Assembly: GCA_947589645.1 (NCBI GenBank)
Contig: CANQCG010000005.1
Span: 1-57,361 of the forward strand
From: an uncultured Clostridia bacterium
GTDB taxonomy: Bacteria; Bacillota; Clostridia; TANB77; CAG-508
Length of the DNA stretch: 57,361 bases
Reading direction: 5' to 3'
Shown: positions 1-8,875 of the stretch, in pieces
Layout: each line of letters begins with the position of its first letter
Position numbering within the stretch: position 1 is the first letter of the stretch
The notes under the pieces: model-generated
Database searches by the model: none
Seen by the model: only the letters and a program-made list of their open reading frames with translations
Told to the model about the DNA's origin: nothing
Made by a program: the position numbers and the translations under genes

Positions 1-106
1 GAAATGGTTATGACAATATAGAGTATTCAAACTATATATTTTTCAAAAAAGTGTGACATATGTTTGACTAACCTACATGCAGCGAAAAATAATACTTAAA
101 AAACTA

Positions 107-135
107 TTGACAAAACCGTGAAAAAACAGTATAAT
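107..135 (+). promoter_or_regulatory. sigmaA promoter of tRNA-Tyr
   Basis: Perfect TTGACA (107-112), 17-bp spacer, TATAAT (130-135), about 40 nt upstream of the tRNA. Confidence 0.85.
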
Positions 136-176
136 AAATTTCGTCGACTAGAGGAAAAGGCAAAATTTTATATTAT

Positions 177-483
177 GGGTAGGTGGCCGAGTGGCTAAAG
201 GCGGCAGACTGTAAGCTTTGATTTTATCAAAGAATCAAAAATTGCAGCCTATACAAGAAATTGTATAGTGAAAACTAGGCTAATTCGGGGAAGTCTTAAC
301 AGTGTAGCTGATGATAATCCCGAGCTAGGGAATAATCCCAAGTGTAGAGACTTTATACCTGGTATCTATATAGATAAAGAGAAAGTCCAGACTACAAACA
401 TTTTAAAATGGTAGTGAAAACTATAGTAGTAAGAAATCTGTTCTCATTTGAGTACGATGGTTCGAATCCATCCCTGCCCACCA
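177..483 (+). tRNA. tRNA-Tyr(GUA), intron-containing (exon 1 177-212, exon 2 434-483)
   Basis: Joined exons give a cloverleaf: acceptor GGGTAGG/CCTGCCC+ACCA, D-arm GCCGAGTGGCTAAAGGC, anticodon arm GCAGA-CTGTAAA-TCTGT, long variable arm, T-arm GATGG-TTCGAAT-CCATC. Confidence 0.95.
213..433 (+). ncRNA. Group I self-splicing intron (221 nt, no ORF) in the tRNA-Tyr anticodon between U35 and A36
   Basis: Exon ends in U, which pairs with G in P1 (CTGT|AA with TTGCAG 242-247). Intron ends in G433. P2 with GAAA tetraloop 249-268, P AATTCGGGGAA 282-292, Q AATCCCGAGC 316-325, R GTAGAGACT 344-352, S AAAGAGAAAGTCC 376-388, P3 CTAGG/CCTGG, ACTAC/GTAGT pairing near the 3' end. Confidence 0.92.
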
Positions 484-520
484 ACAATGTATCTGTTCGA
501 ACTATAAAACAGATAAATAG

Positions 521-552
521 AAATATCATTCTGAAAAAGGATGGTATTTTTT
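521..552 (+). terminator. Intrinsic terminator after tRNA-Tyr
   Basis: AAATATCATTCT...GGATGGTATTT stem with G-U pairs followed by T-run. Confidence 0.6.
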
Positions 553-897
553 ATTATTTTTTTCAGTATGTATGTACTACGTCATCCCACGAGTTTTGTG
601 CCAATTGTCAAAACTCATAGGGGAGGTAGGACTTGTGGCAAATTCGAAGTCCTGTTAATATATTTTTAATAAATTTTTTACAATGAATCATAATTTAGTG
701 TATATAATATTGACTTTTGAAATAAAATATAGTTTCATAGTATTATAAAGTAATCAAAAAGGATTGCTATGAAATGGATGAAAAAAACAGTTAAATTGCA
801 ATGAAAGATGACCAGCAGTTTACTACTGGTCATCAGTCGTTTTAATTAAAATATAAATTAACAAAAGTACTATAATTTATACATTTATAAGTAAAAA

Positions 898-1161
898 TTA
901 TATTTTTCTATACATATCTACTCGAATAGGTAGTTTTTTTGCTAATTTTGCTGTTTTTTCATCAAATAAAAGAATAGGCTTTATATTAAAGGATTTTGCT
1001 ATAAAATCAATATTTTTACAAGTTAAATTAGCGTTTCCTGTTTCTATTACACTGATATATGCCATTTTAAATTTTGTCTTATTTGCATATTGTTCTTGTG
1101 TTAAATTATTTTGATATCTATACCATTTTGTATTAAGACCTATTAATTCCATAGAAGTCAT
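898..1161 (-). CDS. XRE/Cro-CI family HTH transcriptional regulator
   Basis: LTQEQYA...AYISVIETG...NLT...I..IA HTH_3-like pattern; AGGAGG RBS. Confidence 0.85.
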   Translation of the reverse strand: MTSMELIGLNTKWYRYQNNLTQEQYANKTKFKMAYISVIETGNANLTCKNIDFIAKSFNIKPILLFDEKTAKLAKKLPIRVDMYRKI

Positions 1162-1363
1162 TATACATCCTCCTTCTATTTATATATAAATAATTTAAAA
1201 ATTATTTATATATAAATTATAAAGTTAAAATATAAATAACTTAATACCATTAAATATTATTAAGTTTTATCTAAATAAATATGCATAAATTTGTCAAAAT
1301 ATATTGAATTTACAATTTTTTTATGATATAGTCTATTTAAATATAAAGGAGTGGAGTATAAAA

Positions 1364-2053
1364 ATGGGAGTTGCGTCTTTAATATTAGGAATAATAAGTT
1401 TTCTAGTGTCTTTTTCAATTTTTAAAGATTTATCTTTAATTTGTGGAGTAATTGCAATAGTTTTAGGAATTATTTCAATCGTTAAGAAAAAAGGAAAAGG
1501 GATGGCTATAGCTGGTGTAATTCTATCAGTATTAGGTTGTATAATTTTATTTTCAGGTTCAAGCTCTGATAATACAGGAACAATCACTAGTAATAGTGAT
1601 TATAATAAAGGAAATAACACACAACCTGTGGCAACACAAACATTAAATGTTGGAGATACATGGACTGTTGATGGTCAATGGAAATTAACAATAGATTCTG
1701 TTACAACTACATCTGATAGAAATCAGTTCGCTGATGAAAATCCACAACAAGTTGTAATTATTACATATAGTTACGAAAATTTAGGATATGAAAGTGATTT
1801 TATGGATGGATTATATTTTGATTTAAGTCAAAATGGAGATGCTTCTGCTGTAGATTCAAATGGAGAAATGGCTATTAGTTATCCAGGACACATCACTAAA
1901 TATCCACAAGCGACACCTGTTGGAGCAAAATGTACTGGGGCTCAAGCTTGTATAGGACTTATGAATACTAGTGATACAATTACAATGACGATTAAAAAAT
2001 ATGATGGAAATAGTAATTCACAATCAGTTAAATGTAACTTAAAGGTAGATTAA
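1364..2053 (+). CDS. Membrane protein, DUF4190-like N-terminal TM helices plus extracellular beta-rich domain
   Basis: MGVASLILGIIS...AIAGVILS pattern; ATG at 1364 after GGAG; Ser/Asn linker then beta-rich domain. Confidence 0.65.
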   Translation: MGVASLILGIISFLVSFSIFKDLSLICGVIAIVLGIISIVKKKGKGMAIAGVILSVLGCIILFSGSSSDNTGTITSNSDYNKGNNTQPVATQTLNVGDTWTVDGQWKLTIDSVTTTSDRNQFADENPQQVVIITYSYENLGYESDFMDGLYFDLSQNGDASAVDSNGEMAISYPGHITKYPQATPVGAKCTGAQACIGLMNTSDTITMTIKKYDGNSNSQSVKCNLKVD

Positions 2054-2302
2054 ATTTAATATCTAAATAAATTGATTGGTATTTGTATCAATTGTTAAGA
2101 GTACTAACGAGTTATAAATATGTATGTCATTATCACCAAACTTATATTAAACTCGGACTTTTGTAGTTCGAGTTTTAATCTAGTGGGAAATGACATTAGA
2201 AGAAAAAATGGTCATATTTAATCTTTTTGATGAAGCAAAAAATTATAGACGAAAAATACAATCCTGATGGATATAATATTGCAATGAATCTAGGAGAAAA
2301 AG

Positions 2303-3565
2303 ATGGAAGAAAATGAAACAAATATAAAAATAAACAAAACAAATAAAGTAAAAAATATTATTAGATGGATTGTTACAATAATATTTATATTATTCACTAT
2401 AATCTATATTTGCAATAGGGATTGGATTGGAACTATTTTATTTGGTATTGCAGCTATGTTAATATGTCCTTTAATTGAAAACAAAATATTAAAACATTTT
2501 CCTAAATTTCCAACAAAAATTAAATATGTATGGATTAGTGCTACTTTAATTTTATTTATAATAGCGATGTTTTTTAGTTATAAAAACCAAGTAGAAGAGA
2601 GTAATCATCAATTCAAAGAATTATTATTAGAAACAGGAACAAATATTTATATTCGTGAAAAATATTCAGAAGAATTATGCAAAGATATTTTAGAAGCATG
2701 GGATGATGCAATATATAGCCACAAAGATTTTACGGACGAAGTATTAAAAGTTATTGACTCATATAAAAATTCAGGATTATATGATGAATTTGTAGAGTGT
2801 AAAACAAAAATAGATGTAAATATGAATAATCTATCTAAAAAGGAAAATTCAATTTATCAAAATGAATATAATAAATTATTGAATCTGTATGATAAATATT
2901 GTGATTTATATTACATTTCAATCAATCCTTCTGGTTCATATTATGCTTATTCAAATGATTACAATAAATTTACTAAAGATTTTTCAAATGCTTATAGTCA
3001 ATTTAAGGTTGCTGTTCCTGAAATTGAGGAAAAAGTTGATGAAACACTAAAGCAGATAGAAGCAGAAAGTAATAGACTTGCAAAATTGCTTTTTAAAGAA
3101 GAAACACTTTTAGAACATGCAAAAAAAATTGAAGATCAAATTCATAGTTCTTTTGTTGAAATTTTTCAACGCGACTTTTTGTTAACTTTTGATAGTATTA
3201 TATATGGAACAGATAAAACTGAAGGTGAAGTTTTTGTAAATTATATTTTTGGAGATGATAAGGTTGATCTTACGATGATTTTTGACTATGATTATAATTT
3301 ACAATCTATTCATATAAGTGATTACACAGAAAGAACAGAAATGGGACTTGATTATTTTGTACTTTGTTGTGCTATATGTGAGGTAGACGAATTTGGATAT
3401 AATAAAATTGAAAAAATTCATGCCCAATCTCAATTAACCACTCCTCATGAAGTAGAGTATTGTTTGATCTATGTTGGTAAAACTAGCATCCTTTCAAATT
3501 ACTATATTGATAGAAGTGAACCACACATATTTTTAGGCTCAATTTCTATAAAAGAAGAAAAATAG
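2303..3565 (+). CDS. Hypothetical membrane protein (3 N-terminal TM segments)
   Basis: 420-aa ORF with AGGAG RBS and hydrophobic N-terminal helices. Confidence 0.7.
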   Translation: MEENETNIKINKTNKVKNIIRWIVTIIFILFTIIYICNRDWIGTILFGIAAMLICPLIENKILKHFPKFPTKIKYVWISATLILFIIAMFFSYKNQVEESNHQFKELLLETGTNIYIREKYSEELCKDILEAWDDAIYSHKDFTDEVLKVIDSYKNSGLYDEFVECKTKIDVNMNNLSKKENSIYQNEYNKLLNLYDKYCDLYYISINPSGSYYAYSNDYNKFTKDFSNAYSQFKVAVPEIEEKVDETLKQIEAESNRLAKLLFKEETLLEHAKKIEDQIHSSFVEIFQRDFLLTFDSIIYGTDKTEGEVFVNYIFGDDKVDLTMIFDYDYNLQSIHISDYTERTEMGLDYFVLCCAICEVDEFGYNKIEKIHAQSQLTTPHEVEYCLIYVGKTSILSNYYIDRSEPHIFLGSISIKEEK

Positions 3566-3776
3566 CATTTTTACTTAGAAAAAAATATATAATAAAACAA
3601 TGTGAAAATTTTTATCAGTGCACCAGACGAAAAATGATTTAATCGACTGTAAAAGGTCGATTTTTTTCGTGCCTTACTAATAATTTACAAGAACACAAAA
3701 TGTGTACAAAAATTAAATTTTATGATATTATATTTTTGAAAAGTAGAATTTTGTCAAATGATAGGAGGTGTAAAAA

Positions 3777-4190
3777 ATGGACGAAAATAACATTATAGTC
3801 TGTGAGAAATGCTATGAAGAAAATGAAAGCTCAAGAACTACTTGTAAGTATTGTGGTGCGAAATTATATAAAAACGATGTATCTAATAAAGAATATAAGA
3901 ATAGTAAAGATTTAGAAGTCAATGAAGAAGAACAGAGTGAAGATACTTGGATAGAAAATACTACAATAAAAAATAAAATTGCTAATAAATTTAAAATAGT
4001 AGCAAATATTTTAAAATTTATTGGATATGGAGGAGCATTTATATTTACAATTATATATATGTCAGCAGACGAAATAGGATTTGCAATATTAGGAGCAATA
4101 GTGATTGTTATCGCAACTTGGTTTTCTTGTCTATTTTGGGAAGCTATTTCAGAAGTTTTACAATTGCTTGAAGATATAAAAAATAAATAG
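3777..4190 (+). CDS. Zinc-ribbon (CxxC...CxxC) membrane protein
   Basis: CEKC and CKYC motifs, two C-terminal TM helices, AGGAGG RBS. Confidence 0.75.
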   Translation: MDENNIIVCEKCYEENESSRTTCKYCGAKLYKNDVSNKEYKNSKDLEVNEEEQSEDTWIENTTIKNKIANKFKIVANILKFIGYGGAFIFTIIYMSADEIGFAILGAIVIVIATWFSCLFWEAISEVLQLLEDIKNK

Positions 4191-4523
4191 ATTTTAAAAA
4201 TTAAAAAAAGAGATATAAAAAATGGTACTAATTAGATGAAGTGAATAAAGTAATTAATGAATAATTTGTCGAATTAGATATTTTGTGAATTTATGAACGG
4301 AATTATAGATTTTTTGAATGTATGAAAAGTCCTGAACGCTCATTGTAAAATATGATTACAATATAAATATTGCTAATTAAAAAATAAAAATTTTTTAATG
4401 TTCGCTTGTAAATTGTAAGAAAATGTTGTATAGTAGCTTGCATAGGAAATGAACTAAAAAGCAGATGTGAGTGTTGCCACTTTACTACATAGCGATTTGC
4501 TATGAGAAAGTGAGGTGGTATTT

Positions 4524-4628
4524 ATGGTAGATTTTTTACTATTCCTAATTTTAGGATTTATGATTTCTTTAACTATAAATATAGCCTTATTGACAATTAT
4601 ATACATAGTATTGACAAATAAGGTATAA
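4524..4628 (+). CDS. Putative type I toxin, 34-aa hydrophobic peptide MVDFLLFLILGFMISLTINIALLTIIYIVLTNKV
   Basis: GAGGTG RBS; single TM peptide; 5' UTR complementary to 3' UTR; convergent antisense promoter. Not in the ORF track. Confidence 0.75.
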   Translation: MVDFLLFLILGFMISLTINIALLTIIYIVLTNKV

Positions 4629-4714
4629 ATAAAAACACTACATTTTGCTTTGGACGGCAATGTAGTGTTTATCATAATATCGTGGTAACACACATTTCTG
4701 TATGTTCATTTCCT
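4628..4714 (-). ncRNA. Putative antisense antitoxin sRNA (~85 nt)
   Basis: Minus-strand TTGACA (4749-4744), 17 bp, TATAAT (4726-4721); ends at hairpin AAACACTACATT...AATGTAGTGTTT with minus-strand T-run. Confidence 0.7.
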
Positions 4715-5037
4715 ATAATTATTATACACAAATCTTTTCTATATGTCAAATGCAATTCCAAAAAATTTGTTTCTACACATAATTTCTAACTTGTTCGAAA
4801 AAAAACTCCTTAACATTCATTACAAAATATGATTACAATGTGGTAAAAAGCATTAGAATTTCAATAGATTAATTACTATATATTATTCCCAAAAAATCCT
4901 TAAGTTTGACCTGATAAATAGTCAATGTTTATATATATAAAATACAAACACATTTTTTTTACAAATTTTTGTAAGATTTATGTATGTAACGAATCATCAT
5001 ATTTTATATATGTTTTTGCAGAGTTAATTTTATTAAG

Positions 5038-5069
5038 GTACGATGGTTCGAATCCATCCCTGCCCACCA
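5038..5069 (+). repeat. att site (duplicated tRNA-Tyr 3' end)
   Basis: GTACGATGGTTCGAATCCATCCCTGCCCACCA identical to 452-483, followed by terminator-like hairpin AAAAACAAG-GCAA-CTTGTTTTT. Confidence 0.9.
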
Positions 5070-5282
5070 TAAAAACAAGGCAACTTGTTTTTATTTTTGA
5101 GATTAAAACAAACATATATTCGGAGGAGATAGCATGAAATTTGATACAAATAAAGAAATATATATATTACCAACAAAAGCAATTAATAATAAAACGACCA
5201 TTAATATATGTGAGAAATACAAAAAATATAGAGTATATTAATATCAAAATATAAAAAGGTAGGTGTTTTTTTAGCACCTACC

Positions 5283-5311
5283 TTGACAATACCAAACAAA
5301 AGTTTTAAAAT
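5283..5311 (+). promoter_or_regulatory. sigmaA promoter of dinB with possible degenerate SOS box in the spacer
   Basis: TTGACA-17-TAAAAT; AAAC-N4-GTTT at 5294-5305 resembles the Firmicute LexA box GAAC-N4-GTTY. Confidence 0.45.
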
Positions 5312-5327
5312 ACTTATAGGTGATATT

Positions 5328-6542
5328 ATGGAGAGACAAATATTACACATAGATGTTAATAATGCCTTTTTAAGTTGGACAGCAATAGAACTACTAAAAA
5401 AAGGCTCAAAAATAGATATAAGAACAATTCCAGCCATAATAGGTGGAGATGAAACTAGAAGGTCAGGAATAGTACTTGCCAAAAGCATGAAAGCGAAGGA
5501 ATTTGGCATAGTTACTGGAGAAACAATATATTCAGCAAAACAAAAATGCCCTAGTTTACAAGTGTTTCAAGGCACATATAGTAAATACAAAGAATATTCA
5601 AACAAATTATATAATCTTTTATTAGAATATACAGATAAGATAGAAAGATATAGTATAGATGAATGCTTTTTAGATATGACTAATTATTTAATGAATGCAA
5701 AATTAATAGATAAAGCATATGAAATAAAAAGAAGAGTAAAAGAAGAGTTAGGCTTTACAGTAAATATTGGAGTATCAAACAATAAATTATTAGCAAAAAT
5801 GGCATCGGATTTTAAAAAGCCAGACATGGTGCACACCTTATATCCAAGTGAAATACCATCAAAAATGTGGAATTTGCCAGTATCAGATTTATTTATGTTA
5901 GGTAGAAAAACTGTACCTAAATTAGATTCAATGAGAATAAAAACAATAGGAGACTTAGCGAAAACCGATAAGCTAAAATTAATCAAAAAGTTTGGAAAAC
6001 ATGGAAGCTTGATGTGGGAATATGCAAATGGAATAGATAACTCAGAGGTAAATAGCAAAGTAGAAAAGCCAAAAGGCATAGGAAATTCTACTACTTTGCC
6101 AGTTGATATATCAGAAATAGAAAAGATAGATGAAGTAGTACTAGCTTTAACAGAACATGTAGCATATAGACTTAGAAAATATGGTATGCTGGCTAATGTA
6201 GTAAATGTGCAGTTAAGAACTAATGAATTCAAAGATTTGACGCATCAAAGCAAATTAAATTCAGCAACATGTAGTACAAAAGTTATATATGCAAAAGCAA
6301 AATCACTAGTTCATGAAATGTTAAAAGAAAAAAAGCAAATTAGGTTAGTAGGTGTTCGAGTTGATGGTCTAGTAGAAAAAGATGAGCTACAAATGTCACT
6401 TTTTAGTAACGAAAATTCCGAAAAATTAGAAAAATTAGACAGTGTTTTAGATTCAATAAATCAAAAGTATGGCTATAATTCAGTTACTAGAGCAGGTAAG
6501 ATGGAGGTAGAAAAATTAGTAAAGTTAAAAGATAGTCAATAA
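5328..6542 (+). CDS. dinB: DNA polymerase IV (Y family)
   Basis: ILHIDVNNAF, YSIDECFLD and LAKMASDFKKP motifs; start moved to ATG 5328 after AGGTGA. Confidence 0.95.
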   Translation: MERQILHIDVNNAFLSWTAIELLKKGSKIDIRTIPAIIGGDETRRSGIVLAKSMKAKEFGIVTGETIYSAKQKCPSLQVFQGTYSKYKEYSNKLYNLLLEYTDKIERYSIDECFLDMTNYLMNAKLIDKAYEIKRRVKEELGFTVNIGVSNNKLLAKMASDFKKPDMVHTLYPSEIPSKMWNLPVSDLFMLGRKTVPKLDSMRIKTIGDLAKTDKLKLIKKFGKHGSLMWEYANGIDNSEVNSKVEKPKGIGNSTTLPVDISEIEKIDEVVLALTEHVAYRLRKYGMLANVVNVQLRTNEFKDLTHQSKLNSATCSTKVIYAKAKSLVHEMLKEKKQIRLVGVRVDGLVEKDELQMSLFSNENSEKLEKLDSVLDSINQKYGYNSVTRAGKMEVEKLVKLKDSQ

Positions 6543-6707
6543 AAAGCATATAGAAAATTCATAAGACATTGGCAATAAAAAACATATATAGAAAATTAAT
6601 AAGATATAAGCAAAAAATATAGAAAATTATAAAAATCAGTTAAAGGCATTTTGCACTAATTAATAACAAATTCCCCTTAATATAATATTATATTAGGGGG
6701 AATTTTT

Positions 6708-7199
6708 GTGAGAGAGAAGCAATATCAAAGAGAAAAGGCAGTCGAATATGCAATCAAATGGGCGCATGGTAGAAATCCTAAATATTACAATTTTGATCCA
6801 GTTGGTGGAGATTGTACAAGTTTTATATCACAGTGCATATATGCAGGAAGCGGGGTTATGAATTATGACCTATATGGGTGGTATTATAAAAATGGAAATA
6901 ACAAATCGGCATCATGGAGTGGAGTTGAATATTTATATGATTTCTTAACTAAAAATAAGGGAGCAGGCCCTTATGGAGAAGAAGTAACCATAGATAAAAT
7001 ACAAAGAGGGGATATAGCACAATTAAGCTTTGATGGAAAAGTATTTGCACATTCTTTATTTATTATTGAAACTTCTCCAAATCATAATATAAGTCAAACT
7101 TTAATTGCAACACATACTCAGGATGCACTTAGAAGGAGCATAGACTCTTATAATTTTAATAAAATTAGGTTTATTCATATAACTAATGTTAGACTGTGA
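6708..7199 (+). CDS. Putative amidase domain (Amidase_6-like) protein
   Basis: YQREKAVEYAIKW...GGDCTSFISQC...HS...HT pattern. Confidence 0.8.
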   Translation: MREKQYQREKAVEYAIKWAHGRNPKYYNFDPVGGDCTSFISQCIYAGSGVMNYDLYGWYYKNGNNKSASWSGVEYLYDFLTKNKGAGPYGEEVTIDKIQRGDIAQLSFDGKVFAHSLFIIETSPNHNISQTLIATHTQDALRRSIDSYNFNKIRFIHITNVRL

Positions 7200-7257
7200 A
7201 ACATTATTTATATATTGGTCTCAGAAGGACCAAACGCGAGTAGAAGCAAGACATAGC

Positions 7258-7286
7258 AAAAGCCATTCTTAATAGAATGGCTTTTA
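7258..7286. terminator. Bidirectional intrinsic terminator
   Basis: AAAGCCATTCT-TAAT-AGAATGGCTTT between convergent genes. Confidence 0.75.
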
Positions 7287-7288
7287 AT

Positions 7289-7627
7289 TTAATTATGGGA
7301 CTCGGCCCATCTTAGCATCTTTATACTTTTATATTTTTCTAATATTACATTGTATTTATCATATTCTTCCTCCCACAAGGCAGAAGGTATTTTGTCAAAA
7401 GCCTCGAAGATTCTTTCGGCCTCCATTAAGAAAATTACTTGTTGTTGAGCAGACAATTTATCAAATTTCTGTGAATAAGCATATAATCTATCTAAAACTT
7501 GGTTTGCTTCGATGAAGCTCCAAAAATCTTTTACATTCATTCCAAATAATTTAATTTGTAAAACGGCATATGCAATTAATGCGAATATAATAAATATTAA
7601 CAAATATATTACATATAGTAATACCAT
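7289..7627 (-). CDS. Hypothetical membrane-anchored protein
   Basis: N-terminal TM helix; ATG 7627 after GAGGTG. Confidence 0.7.
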   Translation of the reverse strand: MVLLYVIYLLIFIIFALIAYAVLQIKLFGMNVKDFWSFIEANQVLDRLYAYSQKFDKLSAQQQVIFLMEAERIFEAFDKIPSALWEEEYDKYNVILEKYKSIKMLRWAESHN

Positions 7628-7733
7628 TTCAAACACCTCATTTGTAATTTAAAAATATTCCACTACAAATTATACCATAATATGACAAAAAATGCAATAT
7701 TTATCAAAATTATGTAAATTTAACCAATTATTG

Positions 7734-7830
7734 ATTTGGCACAAAATTGCCTGAGCTAAAAAAGTATTTGGTGCAAAATTCATTTAGATAAAAAAGTATT
7801 TGGCGCAAAATTCATTTAAATAAAAAATTG
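7734..7830. repeat. 32-bp tandem repeat x3
   Basis: ATTTGGYRCAAAATT units start at 7734, 7766, 7798. Confidence 0.8.
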
Positions 7831-7907
7831 ATTTAGCTGAATCAATCAAATTTATTAAATGATTGATTTACAAAAAAATATATGCTATAATGCGCAGATA
7901 AGGAGTC

Positions 7908-8795
7908 GTGATATTAATGGACGATAGAACTAAACAAACGAAAAATGCTGGAATTTATGGCATAATTGGGAATATATTTTTGCTTATAATAAAAGCCATA
8001 ATAGGTTTTGCAAGTAAAAGTCAAGCAATGATAGCAGACAGTATAAACAGTGCAGGAGATATATTTGCATCTTTAATGACTTTTATAGGAAACAAAATAG
8101 CAAGTAATCCAAATGACGAAGATCACAATTTTGGACATGGAAAAGCAGAATACATATTTTCAATGTTTATAAGTATATCAATGGTTTTAGTTTCAGCCAA
8201 ATTATTATATGATTCAATTTTAACATTAATATTCGGCAGTGAACTTAACTTTTCATGGTTTTTAGTAATAGTATGTATAACGACTATAGTAATAAAAATT
8301 ATCTTATATATCTATGTAAAAAGTATTCATAAAAAATATAAAAACATATTACTTGAAGCGAACATGCAAGACCATAAAAATGACTGCATTGTAACAACTT
8401 TCACATTAATATCAGTATTACTTACAAGAATAAATATATATTGGTTTGATAGTGTAGTAGGAATTGGAATATCATTATGGATTTGCTATACCGGCATAAA
8501 AATATTTTTAGAAAGCTACAATGTTTTAATGGATAGATCAGTGGACGAAAAAACAAAAGATATAATTCTAGATGTAGCGCATAGCTACAAAGATATTAAA
8601 AAAGTAAAAGATTTAAGTTCTTCACCAGTAGGTTATAAATATATGATTTTCCTAACAATACAAGTAGATGGCGAGATGTCAACAAAAAATAGTCACAATT
8701 TAGCAGACTGCTTAGAACTAGACATATCAAAACTAGAAAATGTATATAAAGCAATAGTTCATGTAGAGCCATATAATGAAAAAGAATCAGCGTAG
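7908..8795 (+). CDS. Cation diffusion facilitator (FieF-like) transporter
   Basis: SQAMIADSINSAGD, HNFGHGKAEY, VHVEP motifs. Confidence 0.92.
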   Translation: MILMDDRTKQTKNAGIYGIIGNIFLLIIKAIIGFASKSQAMIADSINSAGDIFASLMTFIGNKIASNPNDEDHNFGHGKAEYIFSMFISISMVLVSAKLLYDSILTLIFGSELNFSWFLVIVCITTIVIKIILYIYVKSIHKKYKNILLEANMQDHKNDCIVTTFTLISVLLTRINIYWFDSVVGIGISLWICYTGIKIFLESYNVLMDRSVDEKTKDIILDVAHSYKDIKKVKDLSSSPVGYKYMIFLTIQVDGEMSTKNSHNLADCLELDISKLENVYKAIVHVEPYNEKESA

Positions 8796-8875
8796 AGCCA
8801 TGTAATACAGAAAAAATAAAAGAACCAACTTCATAAAAAGTTGGTTTTTATATTATTATAGTAATGTACGAAATC

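Larger units (their letters stand above)
452..5069. mobile_element. Cryptic genomic island or prophage remnant integrated at the tRNA-Tyr 3' end (no integrase)
   Basis: 32-bp perfect direct repeat of the tRNA 3' end at 452-483 and 5038-5069; cargo of XRE regulator, membrane proteins and TA-like locus. Confidence 0.85.

Noticed and set aside
213..433. Homing endonuclease in the intron
   Set aside because: Intron is only 221 nt with no substantial ORF.
408..620. 70-aa ORF sharing YDGSNPSLPT with ORF 4925-5137
   Set aside because: Both are translations of the tRNA 3' end and its att duplicate, not protein paralogues.
4454..4693. 79-aa minus-strand ORF
   Set aside because: No clear RBS; overlaps the better supported plus-strand toxin and the antisense RNA.
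5134..5240. ~35-aa ORF MKFDTNKEIYILP... with GGAGGAG RBS after the att site
   Set aside because: Possible small gene or remnant, but no recognisable motif; cannot be supported further.
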